From: Mobula hypostoma
Lineage: Eukaryota
Assembly: GCF_963921235.1 (NCBI RefSeq)
Contig: NC_086097.1
Span: 162,876,001 to 162,940,000 of the forward strand
Direction: 5' to 3'
DNA length: 64,000 nucleotides
A model generated the notes under the pieces. It saw nothing but the letters and a program-made list of their open reading frames with translations, was not told the origin of the DNA and searched no databases. Numbering within the stretch: the stretch's first letter is position 1; every line of letters starts with the position of its first letter. A program made the position numbers and the translations under genes. Of the stretch, positions 1-12,795 are shown one piece after another.

Positions 1-594
1 GCAATTGGATTGTAAACATCTCCATGTGAAAAGGGTTCTCTGGAAATCTTTGCCCTTTCAAGTGCATGAATTGAGTACTTTAGAGACAAGCTTTACAGCT
101 TGGAACTAGTTAGAATCAGCATTTATTTGCTTGGGGTAATGCATGAGTACAGCAGTCCTGCCTTCCTGGAGGCAAAAAACCTGAGAGGTTTCCCCATTTC
201 CATATATACTCTCCACAGGGCTGAACTTTGTGCTGGAGTACAATATGCAGATGCATACTGTGCAAGATGAACAAGGACAAAATTTAGATATCATCGGTCA
301 TTGAAATGGCAGGCGCTATGTGAGTTCTCTTTCAGATTTTGTCTTTGATTGATATGATCCAAGGATGGACTTTGCATTTTACAACAGTCGTGTTCTGGAG
401 AGGGAGAGAGCTCCTTTTCCCAATATTTACAAAGGTTTTAAGTAGAAATATTTCTTCACAGTACAAAAACAGAACTGAAAAGATTTTGCCAATCTGACCT
501 CAATATTTTTTACAAAACTATTTAATAGAAAATGGCATGTGATTGGTGATTACCCACTGCTCTTTTGCTAAGGAAGATATTTATACAGACTGAC

Positions 595-758
595 CTGTTT
601 AACAGATCAGCAAGGTTCCTGAGTTCTTCAGCATGGTCCTCTGCCCTGTAGACAAGGCTAAGCACACTCCTTTGAGTCATCTCCATTACCAGCTTGTCAA
701 TGTGCCTCCTCATCTGGGCATTCCACAAATCCAGCTGATCAGTGTATTGCTCCAGAAT
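595..758 (-). CDS. LAMA1: LAMA1 exon, 164 nt: ILEQYTDQLDLWNAQMRRHIDKLVMEMTQRSVLSLVYRAEDHAEELRNLADLLN
   Basis: Acceptor gacgacag, donor gtcagt; phase 0 to 2; strong similarity to the LAMA1 coiled coil. Confidence 0.93.
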
Positions 759-834
759 CTGTCGTCATAGGTACAGAGGAACAATTTTTAAACAAGTACT
801 GAAAATACACAGAGGACACATAGCCAACCCTGAC

Positions 835-905
835 CTGAAATGCCAGCAGTCCATTTCCCTCCACAGATGCTGCCTGACCCACTGAATTCCTCCAGCATTT
901 TGTTT
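835..905 (+). repeat. Penelope-like terminal repeat remnant
   Basis: cacagatgctgcctgacccactgaattcctccagcattttgt matches the repeat end seen at 36390-36440 and 38140-38190. Confidence 0.6.
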
Positions 906-1964
906 CTTTGTATAGACAGCAACTGGTACCTTCTTCAGATACAGCATGGCACAAAATACAAATGAGTCATATTTCCCCATCATTGATCTCTGCCCCATTT
1001 CCCAACTCTTAGACCCAAACAATGCAGTAATCTAATCTCAACCAACACTGATGGTGGTTCAGTACCTTCCAGCTGTCCTGATTGTGAATCTGACTGAAGT
1101 GCAAGCACGTAGTGGAAAGTCATGGAAGGAATGCGATTCCGTATGTAAAGGAATTGTACATACATCACCTCATCCCAGTGAATTCTGTCACAGTTCCAGT
1201 TGCACATGCCACTGTCAGTGTTTGCATATTAAATATGGCAAAATTTAGCATCTTTCTATTTCTATGGATATCTGGGTCTTATAGGGAGAACAGCTCACAT
1301 AAAATATAAAAACTATTAAATAATTTGTTTATAATTATTTGTAAAATGCAAGTGTAATTATTTCAACTAGATTACAGCTATGTTACACTCAGTTTGGTGT
1401 CACTCCATCAAGTAACTGAGTTTTAATTACCCACACAGAATCAAATCTGCCACAATTCAAATTCTTTACAGAGTAAATATTAACTTGTCAAATGTAAAAT
1501 TAACTTTCTGACTAGCACGGCAAGCACTGATTTAAAATAAAATGATGCTTTACTTCAAATCAAATAACTGCAAATGGAAATAGTCTCTTCTCTGGTATAA
1601 TTCTTCCAACGTTAGATAGAACTAAATTTAAAATGGCTACACGTCCAGATTCAGCGGCCACTCTGGTTCCACCTGATAGAAACCATAGAAACTACAGCAC
1701 AGAAACAGGCCTTTTGGCCCTTCTTGGCTGTGCCGAACCATTTTCTGCCTAGTCCCACTGACCTGCACACGAACCATATCCCTCCATACACCTCCCATCC
1801 ATGTATCTGTCCAATGTATTCTTAAATGTTAAAAAAGAACCCGCATTTACCACCTCGTCTGGCAGCTCATCTCATACTCCCACCACTCTCTGTGTGAAGA
1901 AGCCCCCCCTAATGTTCCCTTTAAACTCTTCCCCCCTCACCCTAAACCCATGTCCTCTGGTTTT

Positions 1965-4667
1965 TTACTCCCCTTGCCTCAGTGGAAAAAGCCTGCTTGC
2001 ATTCACTCTATGTATACCCATCATAATTTTATATACCTCTATCAAATCTCCCCTCATTCTTCTACGCTCCAGGGAATAAAGTCCCAACCTATTCAATCTT
2101 TCTCTGTAACTGAGTTTCTCAAGTCCCGGCAACATCCTTGTAAACCTTCTCTGCACTCTTTCAACCTTATTTATATCCTTCCTGTAATTTGGTGACCAAA
2201 ACTGAACACAATACTCCAGATTCAGCCTCACCAATGCCTTATACAACCTCATCATAACATTCCAGCTCTTATACTCAATACTTTGATTAGTAAAGGCCAG
2301 TGTACCAAAAGCTCTCTTTACGACCCTATCTACCTGTGACGCCACTTTTAGGGAATTTTGTATCTGTATTCCCAGATCCCTCTGTCCATGGCACTCTTCA
2401 GTGCCTTACCATTAACCCTGTATGTTCTACCTTGGTTTGTCCTTCCAACGTGCAATATCTCACACTTGTCTGTATTAACCTCCATCTGCCATTTTTCAGC
2501 CCATTTTTCCAGCTGGTCCAAGTCCCTCTGCAGGCTCTGAAAACCTTCCTCACTGTCTACTACATCTCCAATCTTCGTATCATCAGCAAGCTTGCTGATC
2601 CAATTTACCACATTATCATCCAGATCATTGATATAGATGACAAATAACAATGGACCCAGCACTGATCCCTGTGGCACACCACTAGTCACAGGCCTCCACT
2701 CAGAGAAGCAATTCTCTACCACCACTCTCTGGCTTCTTCTATCGAGCCAATGTCTAATCCAATTTACCACCTCTCCATGTATACCCAGCGACTGAATTTT
2801 CCTAACTAACCTCCCATGCGGGACCTTGTGAAAGGTCTTACTGAGGTCCATGTAGACAATATCCACTGCCTTCCCTCCATCCACTTTCCTGGTAACCTCC
2901 TTGAAAAACTCCAATAGATTGGTCAAACATGACCTACCACACATAAAGCCATGTTGACTCTCCCTAATAAGTCCCAGTCTATCCAAATGCTTGTAGATTC
3001 TGTCTCTTAGTACTCCCTCCAATAACTTACCTACTACCGATGTTAAACTTACTGGCCTATAATTTCCCGGATTACTTTTCGATCCTTTTTTAAACAACGG
3101 AACAACATGAGCCACTCTCCAATCCTCCGGCACCTCACCTGTAGACAGCGACATTTTAAATATTTCAGCCAGGGCCCCTGCAATTTCAACACTAGTCTCC
3201 TTCAAGGTCCGAGGGAACACCCTGTCAGGTCCCGGGGATTTATCCACTTTAATTTTCCTCAAGACAGCAACGACCTCCTCCTTTTTGATCTGTACAGTTT
3301 CCATGATCTCACTACTTGTTTCCCTTAATTCCATAGACTTCATGCCAGTTTCCTAAGTAAACACAGACACAAAAAACCTATTTAAGGTCTTCCCCCATTT
3401 CCTTTGGTTCCGCACATAGCCGACCACTCTGATCTTCAAGAGGACCAATTTTATCCCTTACAATCCTTTTGCTCTTAATATACCTGTAAAAGCTCTTTGG
3501 ATTATCCTTCACTTTGACTGCCAAGGCAACCTCATGTCTTCTTTTAGCCCTCCTGATTTCTTTCTTAAGTATTTTCTTGCACTTCTTATACTCCTCAAGC
3601 ACCTTATTTACTCCCTGCTTCCTATACAACTCCCTCTTCTTCTTTATCAGAGTTGCAATATCCCTTGAGAACCAAGGTTCCTTATTCCTATTCACCTTGC
3701 CTTTAATCCTGACAGGAACATACAAATTCTGCACTCTCAAAATTTCTGCTTTGAAGGCTTCCCACCTACCGATCACATCCATGCCAGAGAACAACCTGTC
3801 CCAATCCACGCTTTTTATATCCTTTCTCATTTCTTCAAATTTGGCCTTCTTCCAGTTAAGAACCTCAACCCTAGGGCCAGATGTATCCTTGTCCATGATC
3901 AAGTTGAAACTAATGGTGTTATGATCACTGGAACCAAAGTGCTCCCCTACACAGACTTCTGTCACTTGTCCTAACTCGTTTCCTAACAGGGGATCCAATA
4001 TTGCATCCCCTCTAGTTGGTCCCTCTATATATTGATTTAGAAAACTTTCCTGAACACATTTTACAAACTCTAAACCATCTAGACCCCTAACAGTATGGGA
4101 GACCCAATCAACAGATGGAAAATTAAAATCCCCTACCACCACAACTTTATGTTTCCTGCAGTTGCCTGCTATCTCTCTGCATATTTGCACTTCCAATTCT
4201 CTTTGACTATTGGGTGGTCTGTAATACAATCCCACTAATGTCGCCATACCTTTCCTGTTTCTCAGCTCCACCCATAAGGACTCAGTAGACAAGCCCTCTA
4301 ATCTGTCCTGCCTGAGCACTGCTGTAATATTTTCCCTAACAAGCAATGCTACTCCCCCACCTTTCATTCCTCTGCCTCGATCACATCTGAAACATCGGAA
4401 CCCTGGAATATTAAGCTGCCAGTCCTGCCCCTCCTGTAGCCAAGTTTCACTAATTGCTACAACGTCATAATTCCACGTGTCAATCCACGCCCTCAACTCA
4501 TCCGCCTTCCCTGTGATACTCCTAGCATTGAAGTATATACACCTCAGAAGATTTTTACCACCACTCACAACCTTTCTATTAGCGGATTTGCTTGAACTTT
4601 TAACATCGTTTATTTTCACCCCAGCCACACTGTCAGATCTGGTACTGTGGTTCCCATCCCCCTGCAA
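1965..4667 (-). pseudogene. CR1 ORF2 (APE endonuclease + reverse transcriptase), frameshifted
   Basis: YFNARS, ISETW, VGDFN and SDHN in 3378..4667; NYRPVSLTS, GVPQGSVLGP and LADDTK in 2348..3343; C-terminus LEYCVQFWSP and LERRRMRGDLIE in 1965..2345. Confidence 0.92.
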
Positions 4668-4669
4668 AT

Positions 4670-5629
4670 CTAGTTTAAAGCCCCCCCAATAGCATTAACA
4701 CACCTCCCTGAAAGGATATTGGTCCCCCTGTAGTTCAAGTGTAACCCGTCTCTCTTGTACAGGTCCCACCTGCCCCAGAAGAGGTCCCAATTATCCTGAA
4801 ATCTGAAACCCTGCTCCCTACACCAGTTCCTCAGGCACTTGTTCATCCTCCAGAGCATCCTATTCCTACCCTCACTGGCACGTAGCACAAGTAGCAATCC
4901 TGAGATTACCACCCTCAAGGTCCTGCTTTTCAACTTCCTACCAAGCTCTCTATACTCACTCTCCAGGACCTCCTCACTCTTCCTTGCTATGTCATTGGTA
5001 CCGATGTGCACCACGACATCTGGCTGGTCACCCTCCCACTTCAGAATGTCAAGCAATCGATCAGAGACATCCTTGACCCTGGCACCCGGGAGGCAACAAA
5101 CCATCCTGGATTCTGTCACAACCACAGAACCTCCTATCTGCACCTCTAACTATCGAGTCCTCTATCACTACCGCTCTCCTCTTTCTACCCCCTCCCTTCT
5201 GCACTGCAGAGCCAGACTCAGTGCCAGAGATTCGGCTACTGCAGCTTGTCCCAGGTAAGTCATCCCCCAACAGTATCCAATGCGGTATACTTGTTGCTGA
5301 GGGGAATGGCCACAGGGGAACCCTGCTTTGCCTGCCCTTTCCCCTTCCCTCGCCTGACAGTGACCCAATTTCCTGTCCTCTGCTCCTTTGGCGTTAACTA
5401 CCTCCCTGTAGCTACGACCTATAATCTCCTCATTCTCCCGAATGATCCGCAGGTCATCCAGCTCCTGCTCCAGTTCCCTAACGCGGTTTGTTAGGAGCCG
5501 CAGCTGGATGCACTTCCTGCAGGTGTCGTTCTCAGGGACATCGGAGGGCTCCCTGACTTCCCACATCCTGCAAGAGGAGCATTCCAACATCCTGCCTGGC
5601 ATTCTCTCTACGCTAGACAATCTGAACAA
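4670..5629 (-). pseudogene. CR1 ORF1 (zinc finger/leucine zipper + SGNH esterase), frameshifted
   Basis: CSSCRMWEV...CRKC and RVRELEQELDDL in 5168..5629; VIEDSIVRG in 5061..5270; VCCLPGARV, VVHIGTND and DGLHLN in 4670..5143. Confidence 0.88.
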
Positions 5630-6611
5630 AAACCTTACCAGAACCTACCCTGGCCTCTACCTGTTCTCGCCTAAGCCTGTTTGAGCCAAAGCCGCCCCAC
5701 TCTGACTCAGTCCACTCCGACGATGGCTGCTGTATATGGTGGTCTGCTTTTTAAACCTTGGCGCGCTACGTCACGCGCCTGCGCAGTGCAGACCCTTCTC
5801 CCCGAGCAGTTTTTAAAAAAAAACGACTTTTTCGACCCGAATTCTTCCACTCACTTCTTCAGCTACTTGCTTCGACTGAAACAAGAACCGTTGAAATTTT
5901 CCCTTTTTTAAACCTTGGCGCGCTGATGGTGTAATTGTTCGTTGTCTTCATCTTTCTTATCGTTGCAAGCCACTGCTGGATATTAAGAACACCAAGTACT
6001 GCAAGTCTACCTCACTAGTGCATTGTTGGGTAACGGATGATCTCTGCTTATTGGGCACCATACTGTTGCCTGATACCACCGCTTGGAGGAAACACCATAG
6101 GAAGTGGTGTGCAAGGAAAGCGCACTGGCATTCGTGTGAAACTGCAGACAAAACCATTCAGGCCAGCTCTCTTGGCGATTCTGCTTTCAGATGTTCGATC
6201 GCTAACAAATAAACTAAACTGCCTGTGTCTGAGGCTGAATCAGTGTTCTCTCATTCTGACAGAAATATAGCTGCAGGATACCATTCCTGAAGCAGTCATC
6301 CAGCTAGAGGCTTTCATCTCTTTTTGGACCAACAGAATTCCTGTGATCTCTGGCAAGACCCGTGGTGGAGGTGTATTTATCTACGTTAATAAGATCTGGT
6401 GTGTGAATGATTTGGTAGTGACAACCCACTGTTTGCCTGTGGTAATGGTGAAGTGCAGGCCCTTCTACTGACCAAACAAGTTCACTACTATTGTGATTGT
6501 GACTGTATACATCCTCTCCCACCAAAACTGTGCTAATGTCAGGGAAGCAGAAAGTGAACTTTACGGCACCAGTGACTTGCCATCTACGCACCCAATGGCT
6601 CCGTAATTGTT

Positions 6612-6984
6612 CAAAGGTACACTTAATGTCAGAGAAATGGGCACAATATACATCCTGAAATGCTTTTTCTTTGCAACCATCCACAAGAACAGAGGAGTGC
6701 CCCCAAAGAATGAATGACAGTTAAATATTAGAACCCCAAAGTCCTCCAGAGCTACCCTGCCACCCACGCGTAAGCGGCAGCAAGCAACGATTCCCCCCCC
6801 CCCACCGGCAGAAAAAAAGCATCGGCACCCGCCACCGAGCACTCAAGTGTGAGCAAAGCAACAGCCAAGACACAGACTTGCAGTTACTCCAGAGACTAAT
6901 TGTTCACCCAGTATTCGGCATACCACAGGCTCTCTTCCTCACTCTCTCCCGAATAAGGGAAAAAAATGTCTCCCTTTCGCAGTC
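6612..6984 (-). mobile_element. Unclassified non-coding retroposon fragment inserted in the Rex endonuclease region
   Basis: Removing it restores ...GSVIVAxDFN. TGTT is duplicated at 6608-6611 and 6985-6988. Confidence 0.65.
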
Positions 6985-8239
6985 TGTTGCTGACGACTTC
7001 AACAATGCTAACTTAAAGAATAATCCTGCCTAAATTCTATCAGCATGTTGACTTGGATACCAGAGGTGAGAAAACAAGAGATCTGGTTTATACCAACATC
7101 TCTGATGCATGCAAAGCTGCTCCTCATCCCCACATCAGATTCTGTGACCATTTATACTAACTCCTGCATATCGACCAGTGTCAGACCAGTTCAAAGGGAC
7201 AGAAAGAGCAACCGCAGCGTTACAAGGCTGTTTTGGGAACACGGACTGGAACACGTTCAGGGAGGCAGCTAGCTATCACCATCACATTCACCTCAATCAG
7301 TATGCGAGATCTATGACTGGTTATAAAGAGAAGTGTATGACGACGTCACCATTATTAAACACATCCATGTGAGGGCAAATCTGAAGCCATGGCTGACAGC
7401 AGAGGTCTGGCCACAACTAAGAGATCAGGACGCTACCTTCAGCTCACGTGATAAGACAGCTCTCAGGTCAACAAGAGCTGCACTTTCCTGTACTAACAGG
7501 AAGGCAAAAAGGGATTATTCACTGAGAATATACAGTCATTCTGTTACACCAATGAAACATTCAGGCCATAACAGATTACATGTCAACCCTGTGTGCTAAC
7601 GATGGTGATGCTTCTCTTCCTGACGGGCCAAATATCTTTTATACTCTGTTTGATGCACAGGGTGATGTGCCAATGAGGAAAGATCCCCCTTCCTCTCAAA
7701 GAGCAGGGACTCTGTCTGGCCACAGCTGATGTGAGGATGACCCTGGCCAGAGTCAACCCATGTAAAGCTGTGGGACCTGATAACATATGTGGTCCGGTGC
7801 CGAGGAAGTGTGCAATCTAGTAAACTGAGGTTCTAACAGACATCTTTAACATCTTTCTGGAACAGTCTACTGTCAACTCAGGCTTCAAAGGCATCAACTG
7901 TTGACTCAGATTTCAAAGGCAGCCACCATCATCCCAGTGCCCAGGAGTGCGACAGCAGCCTGTCTTAATGACTACCGTCCAGTGGCTTTCACCTCAACAA
8001 TTATGAAATGCTTTGAGCGACTGGTTATGGATCGCATTAAATCTCATCTTCCTGCTACATTGGACCCTTTCCAGTTTTCTTATTGCTCAAATCGGTCCAC
8101 TAATGATGCCATAGCCTCTGCCCTCCACTCAGTCCTGACCTACCTGGAAAATGGTGTCTCATGTACCAGAATGCTGTCTATTGACTTCATCTCAGCAATT
8201 CTGCTTTTAATATAATCACCCTTCAGAAGCTGATGTGTA

Positions 8240-8847
8240 GATTAGGTTAGATTAGATTATGAGGACACACAGTCCTCTTTCACTGTTATTTAGTAATGCA
8301 TGCATTAAGAAATGATACAATTTGTTCCTCCAGGATGATATCACAGAAACACAAGACAAACCAAGACTAAAAAAAACTGACAAAAACCACATAATTATAA
8401 CATATAGTTACAACAGTGCAAAGCAATACCGTAATTTGATGAAGAACAGACCATGGGCATGGTAAAAACAAAAATCTCAAAGTCTCTCAAAAGTCCCAAC
8501 ATCTCACGCAGACGGTAGAAGGAAGAAAATCTCTCCCTGCCATGAGCTTCCAGCACCACAAACTTGCCGATGCAGCATCCTGGAAGCACTCGACCACAGT
8601 CGGACTCTGAGTCCGTCGGAAAACTTCAAACCTCCGACCAGCCCTCCGACACCAAGCACCATCTCTGCCAAGTGCTTCGACCCCGGCCCTGGCAACAGGC
8701 AATAGGCAAAGCCGAGGATTTGGGGCCTTCCCCTCCGGAGATTCTCGATCGCACAGTGGAAGCGGCCGCGAAGTAGGCATTTCAGAAGTTTCTCCAGATG
8801 TTCCTCCATGCTTCTCACATCCGTCTCAATCATATCAGGATTGTGCA
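8240..8847 (-). mobile_element. Unclassified retroposon with (TCTAA)n tail, inserted in the Rex RT
   Basis: Starts with attaggttagattagatta and has a CpG-rich body. Rex RT sequence resumes after ~8847. Confidence 0.65.
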
Positions 8848-10029
8848 CTGTCCTTTTTGGGTTTCTCTCTCTCATATGATCCGGGACTTTTTGACAGAGA
8901 AGCCACAGTCAAACCACGTTGGCAGAAAATCTCTAGCTCCGTCACATTGAGCCCTGGCACTCCTCAGTGCAGTGTGCTCAGTTCCCTGTTGTTCATGGTC
9001 TGACACGCGACCGCACTGATAGACCCAGTTCAAATGCTGATTTAACGACAATGGTTGGCCTCATCAACAATGACGATGAGACGGTGGGGTGTACTTAAAG
9101 GAGGTGGAGAGGCTGGTAGAATGGTGCGAGCACAACAACATGAACCTTAATGTGGTAAGACCAAAAAGATGATTGTGGACTTTAGGAAGGTGCAGTCTGA
9201 CCCCACTTCTCACTGCACGTACACGGCTCCTCCATGGAGAGACTTAAGAGCGCCAAGTATCCGGGAGTACACATAATGGTTGATCTTACCTGGTCCCTGA
9301 ACACCACCTCATTGGTTAAGAAAGCACAATAGCGTCTTCACTTCTTGAGGGATTGAGGTGAGTGTGGCTCCACACCTCACCACCCCCAACCCCCGCCACC
9401 AACATTTATATCAATTCTTACAGGAGCACCTTCGGGAGTGTCCTGACTAACTGCATCACCGTCTGATACAGGAACTGCAAGGCATCTGACCGCAGGTCGC
9501 TACAGAGGATTGTGAGGACTGCTCAGAGGGTCCTCGGTGTCTCTCTTCCACCAATCAGTGACACTTATCAGGTGCGCTAGGTACGCAGGGCCCTTAGCAT
9601 TGTCAGTGATCCCTCCCATACGTCCAACAATCTCTTTGACCCCCTACCATTCGACAAGAGGTACCAAAGATTCAGGTCAAGAATTGTTAGGATGGGAAAC
9701 AGCTTTGTCTACCATATGACCACTGAAATCCCTGCCACCACCCCACCCAGGTCTCAGCATGCATGAAGCACCAATAGTGTTGCACCATTTATTTTGTAAC
9801 TTCTATCATATATGCATCTTATTATTTGTGATAACATTACTTTATGTGTTATGTGTGTGAAATATATGTCCTCTGTTGAGTGAAGTGAGTGGCAGGTTCA
9901 GTTCCAAAGTATGTGAAATTTCAGAATCATTCAGCACTCTCAGAGTCTGCTCGTTACCCAGGTTGGAGCACTGATGTTATCAATTTATTCCAAATAGTTG
10001 GAGTTAATGGGATCAGACTACCAGATTCA

Positions 10030-12450
10030 GCTTAAACCGCAGCATCAAGTTCACAGACGATACAACAGTAGTTGGCTTCGTCAGCAGTAATGATGAGTCG
10101 ATATAAAAAAAGAGTTGGTAGAGAGGCTTTTCAGATGGTGTGAGAATGACAAACTGAGTCTCACTGTGGACAAAAGAGATGACACAGAACTTCAGGAAGG
10201 CACACGAGGTTGCAGATCAATGGCTCTGCCGTGGAGAGCACAAAATTCCTCGGTATACAGGTATCCCCTGCTTTTCGAACGTTTGCCTTACAAAACCTCA
10301 CTGTTACGAAAGACCTACATTAGTACCCTGTTTTCGCTAACAGAAGGTGTTTTCACTGTTACGAAAAAAGCAGCGCGCGCCCCCCCCCCCACCGAGCAGC
10401 CGCTCTCCCCCGGATTTGGAACTGCATTCTTGCCAGCATTGCTTAAACACGTGTCTGTGAGCAGCCGTTTGCAAAATGAGTACTAAGGTATTGGAAAAGC
10501 CTGAAAGAGCTCGTAAGGGTGTGACACTTAGCATAAAACTAGACATAATTAAGCATTTTGATCGTGGTGAACAAAGTAAGGACTAAGTGAGTTTGGCTTG
10601 TGGAAGTTGACGAAGATGATGTTGAAGAGGTTTTGACATCCCATGACCAAGAACTGATAGATGAAAAGCTGATGCAATTGGAAGAGGAAAGGATAATAAT
10701 CGAAACCGAATGAGTAATGATAAAGTACCACTTTAATTTTGAGAGGGTACGTCGGTTTAGGGGATTTTGCAGGATGGTTTGAGTGCTTACAAAGAACTGT
10801 ATGATAGAAAAATGCACGAGGCTCAGCAGTCAAGCAAGTCTTCCACGTTAGCCACAGCAGATGACGAACCTCGACCTTCGACATCGAGGTGGCAGTCACA
10901 GGAGAAGATGAGCCGCCTGCTCTAATGGAAACAGACAACGAGATGACACCCCAGCGTCCCACCACCCCAACACCCAGGCCGCGGACAGATACCGATCCGC
11001 GGAGAATGCAATTAGTAGCCGGGAGACACACAGCACATCTTTAAGAAAAAAGCCGAAATAAACATGCTAATTAATTAGGTGCCGCCCGAGACGTAATTGT
11101 CGGCCCAGATCAGAGGCAATGCAATCGGCAATCGGCACTGATCTGGGCTGACAATTATGTGTCGGGCGGCACCTAATTAATTAGCACGTTTATTTCGGTT
11201 TTTTTCTTAAAGGTGCACTGGATGCGTCCCGGCTACGGCTGTACCCCTGCATGCTTCGCGGCAATGTATCGAGTCGCTGCCCGGAGGGTGGGGGCCACTG
11301 CACCACCCCAACCTGCGACGACTCAGTCTAACACACCACCATCAGTGTGCTCTGCGCTTTCCCAATTCCGGTAAGTGATACTACTCTGTACACACATTAT
11401 TTCCACTTTATATCGGCTGTGTATCTTTACGTGTTATTTGGTATGATTTGGCAGCTTCATAGCTTAAAGGTTACTGGAGAGCGCTTGCGCCGTGTTTTTG
11501 CCGACGGTGCTGGCGTGAGATTTTCGCTACGGAGAACAGTTCAGGCAATGATTGTGGAAAAGTATTTCTACTTTATATAGGCTGTGTATTTATCATATCA
11601 TTCCTGCTTTTACTATATGTTACTGTTATTTTAGGTGTTATGTGTTCTTTGGCATGATTTGATAGGTTATTTTTGGGTCTGCGAACGCTCACAAAATTTT
11701 CCCATATAAATAAATGGTAATTGCTTCTTCGCTTTACGACATTCCGGCTTACAAACCGTTTCATAGGAACGCTGTACCTTTGGACGGCGGGGGAAACCTG
11801 TATATGTAACAGACGATCTAACCTGGACCCACAACACTCCTTCACTAGTCAAGAAGGCACAGCAGCGTCTACACTTTCTGATGATATTGAGGCGTGTAAC
11901 GCTCCCCTCCCCTATTCTAACAACTTTCTATGGGAGCACCACTGAGTGTGTCCTATTTGGGTGCATCATTGTGTACTACGGAAGCTGCAAAGCATCAGGC
12001 CACATGACCCTTCAGAGGATAGTAAAAAACAGAGAGAATCATTAGGGTCTCCCCCCCCACCCCTCTACTTGTGACATTTACCAGAACCGTTACAGACTGA
12101 GCGCCCAGAGATTTGTTGAGGATCCCTATCACCCAACCCACAATTTCAATGAACCATTACTGACAGGAAGGAGGTACTAAAACATCATGACTATGATTTT
12201 CAGACTGGGTAACAGCTTCTTCCCTCAGGCTGTGTGACTAATGAATACCTGCCACCACTGAGAGTTCCCAGCACAGCTATTTACCCATGCTGTGCACTGC
12301 ATGTATTTTGAATTATGTTTTATTAATTTATTTATGGTAATATTTTGGTTTATGTTCTGTGTGTGACATATGTTTTGCAGGTGCACTGCGGTCCAGAGGA
12401 ACATTGTTTCATCTGATTGTACAGCCAGATAACAATAAAATTGAACTTGA
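10030..12450 (+). mobile_element. 5'-truncated Rex1/Babar LINE split by a Tigger element
   Basis: KFTDDTTVVGFVSSNDES at ~10047; continues after 11802 (DDLTWTHNT); aataaaattgaacttgaa tail at ~12433-12451. Confidence 0.75.
10258..11800 (+). mobile_element. Tigger/pogo-family DNA transposon, internal-deletion derivative
   Basis: TA-CAGGTATCCCC...GGGGAAACCTG-TA. Transposase N-terminal HTH remnant MSTKVLEKPERARKGVTLSIKLDIIK is joined to an acidic C-terminal remnant EVDEDDVEEVLTSHDQEL. Confidence 0.88.
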
Positions 12451-12678
12451 AAGAGGTACATTATTGCAGGTATAGTGTGACAGACAACTAATTCCTCTCC
12501 TTCCCATGCTTCCTCAGCCACATTTATGCACCTCCCAAATGACTTGTAATACGTTCTCACTGGTAGAGGCTCTGCCAGTGATGATGTATTGCAAGTCACT
12601 GGGAGTCTGCACTACAAGTCAGTACCAGTGGATTGCACTGGCAAGGGAATAGAAAGTAACAGTTATAATGAAACTTAC

Positions 12679-12795
12679 AGCTGAGCTGTTCACGACATCT
12701 GCCACCATATTTGCTGCATAGTCCACCATCTCTCTTCCATCCTGGGTCAGGTTTGCTGTCAGTGTCCTCATTCTGTCCACCGTCTGCTGCTTCTC
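12679..12795 (-). CDS. LAMA1: LAMA1 exon, 117 nt: EKQQTVDRMRTLTANLTQDGREMVDYAANMVADVVNSSA
   Basis: Acceptor atccgcag, donor gtaagt; phase 0 to 0. Confidence 0.88.

Larger units (their letters stand above)
1678..5922 (-). mobile_element. Near full-length CR1-clade LINE
   Basis: ORF1 and ORF2 are in order. Short TTTCTA(TGG) repeat tail at ~1678-1695. CTGAT on both sides (1673-1677, 5923-5927) is a possible TSD. Confidence 0.93.
1630..9870 (+). mobile_element. Degenerate Rex1/Babar-type LINE hosting three nested insertions
   Basis: Endonuclease remnants (LLSDVRSLTNKL, SGKTRGGGVFIYVN) at ~6170-6400; RT remnant [21 protein letters not shown] at 7901..8215; C-terminus and 3' UTR to ~9870. The 5' limit is uncertain. 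Confidence 0.8.

Noticed and set aside
4670..5143. Stand-alone host esterase gene
   Set aside because: It is the SGNH domain normal for CR1 ORF1, directly upstream of ORF2.
10477..10712. Domesticated TIGD/CENP-B gene
   Set aside because: It lacks the DDE core, has stops, and lies between TIRs with a TA TSD.
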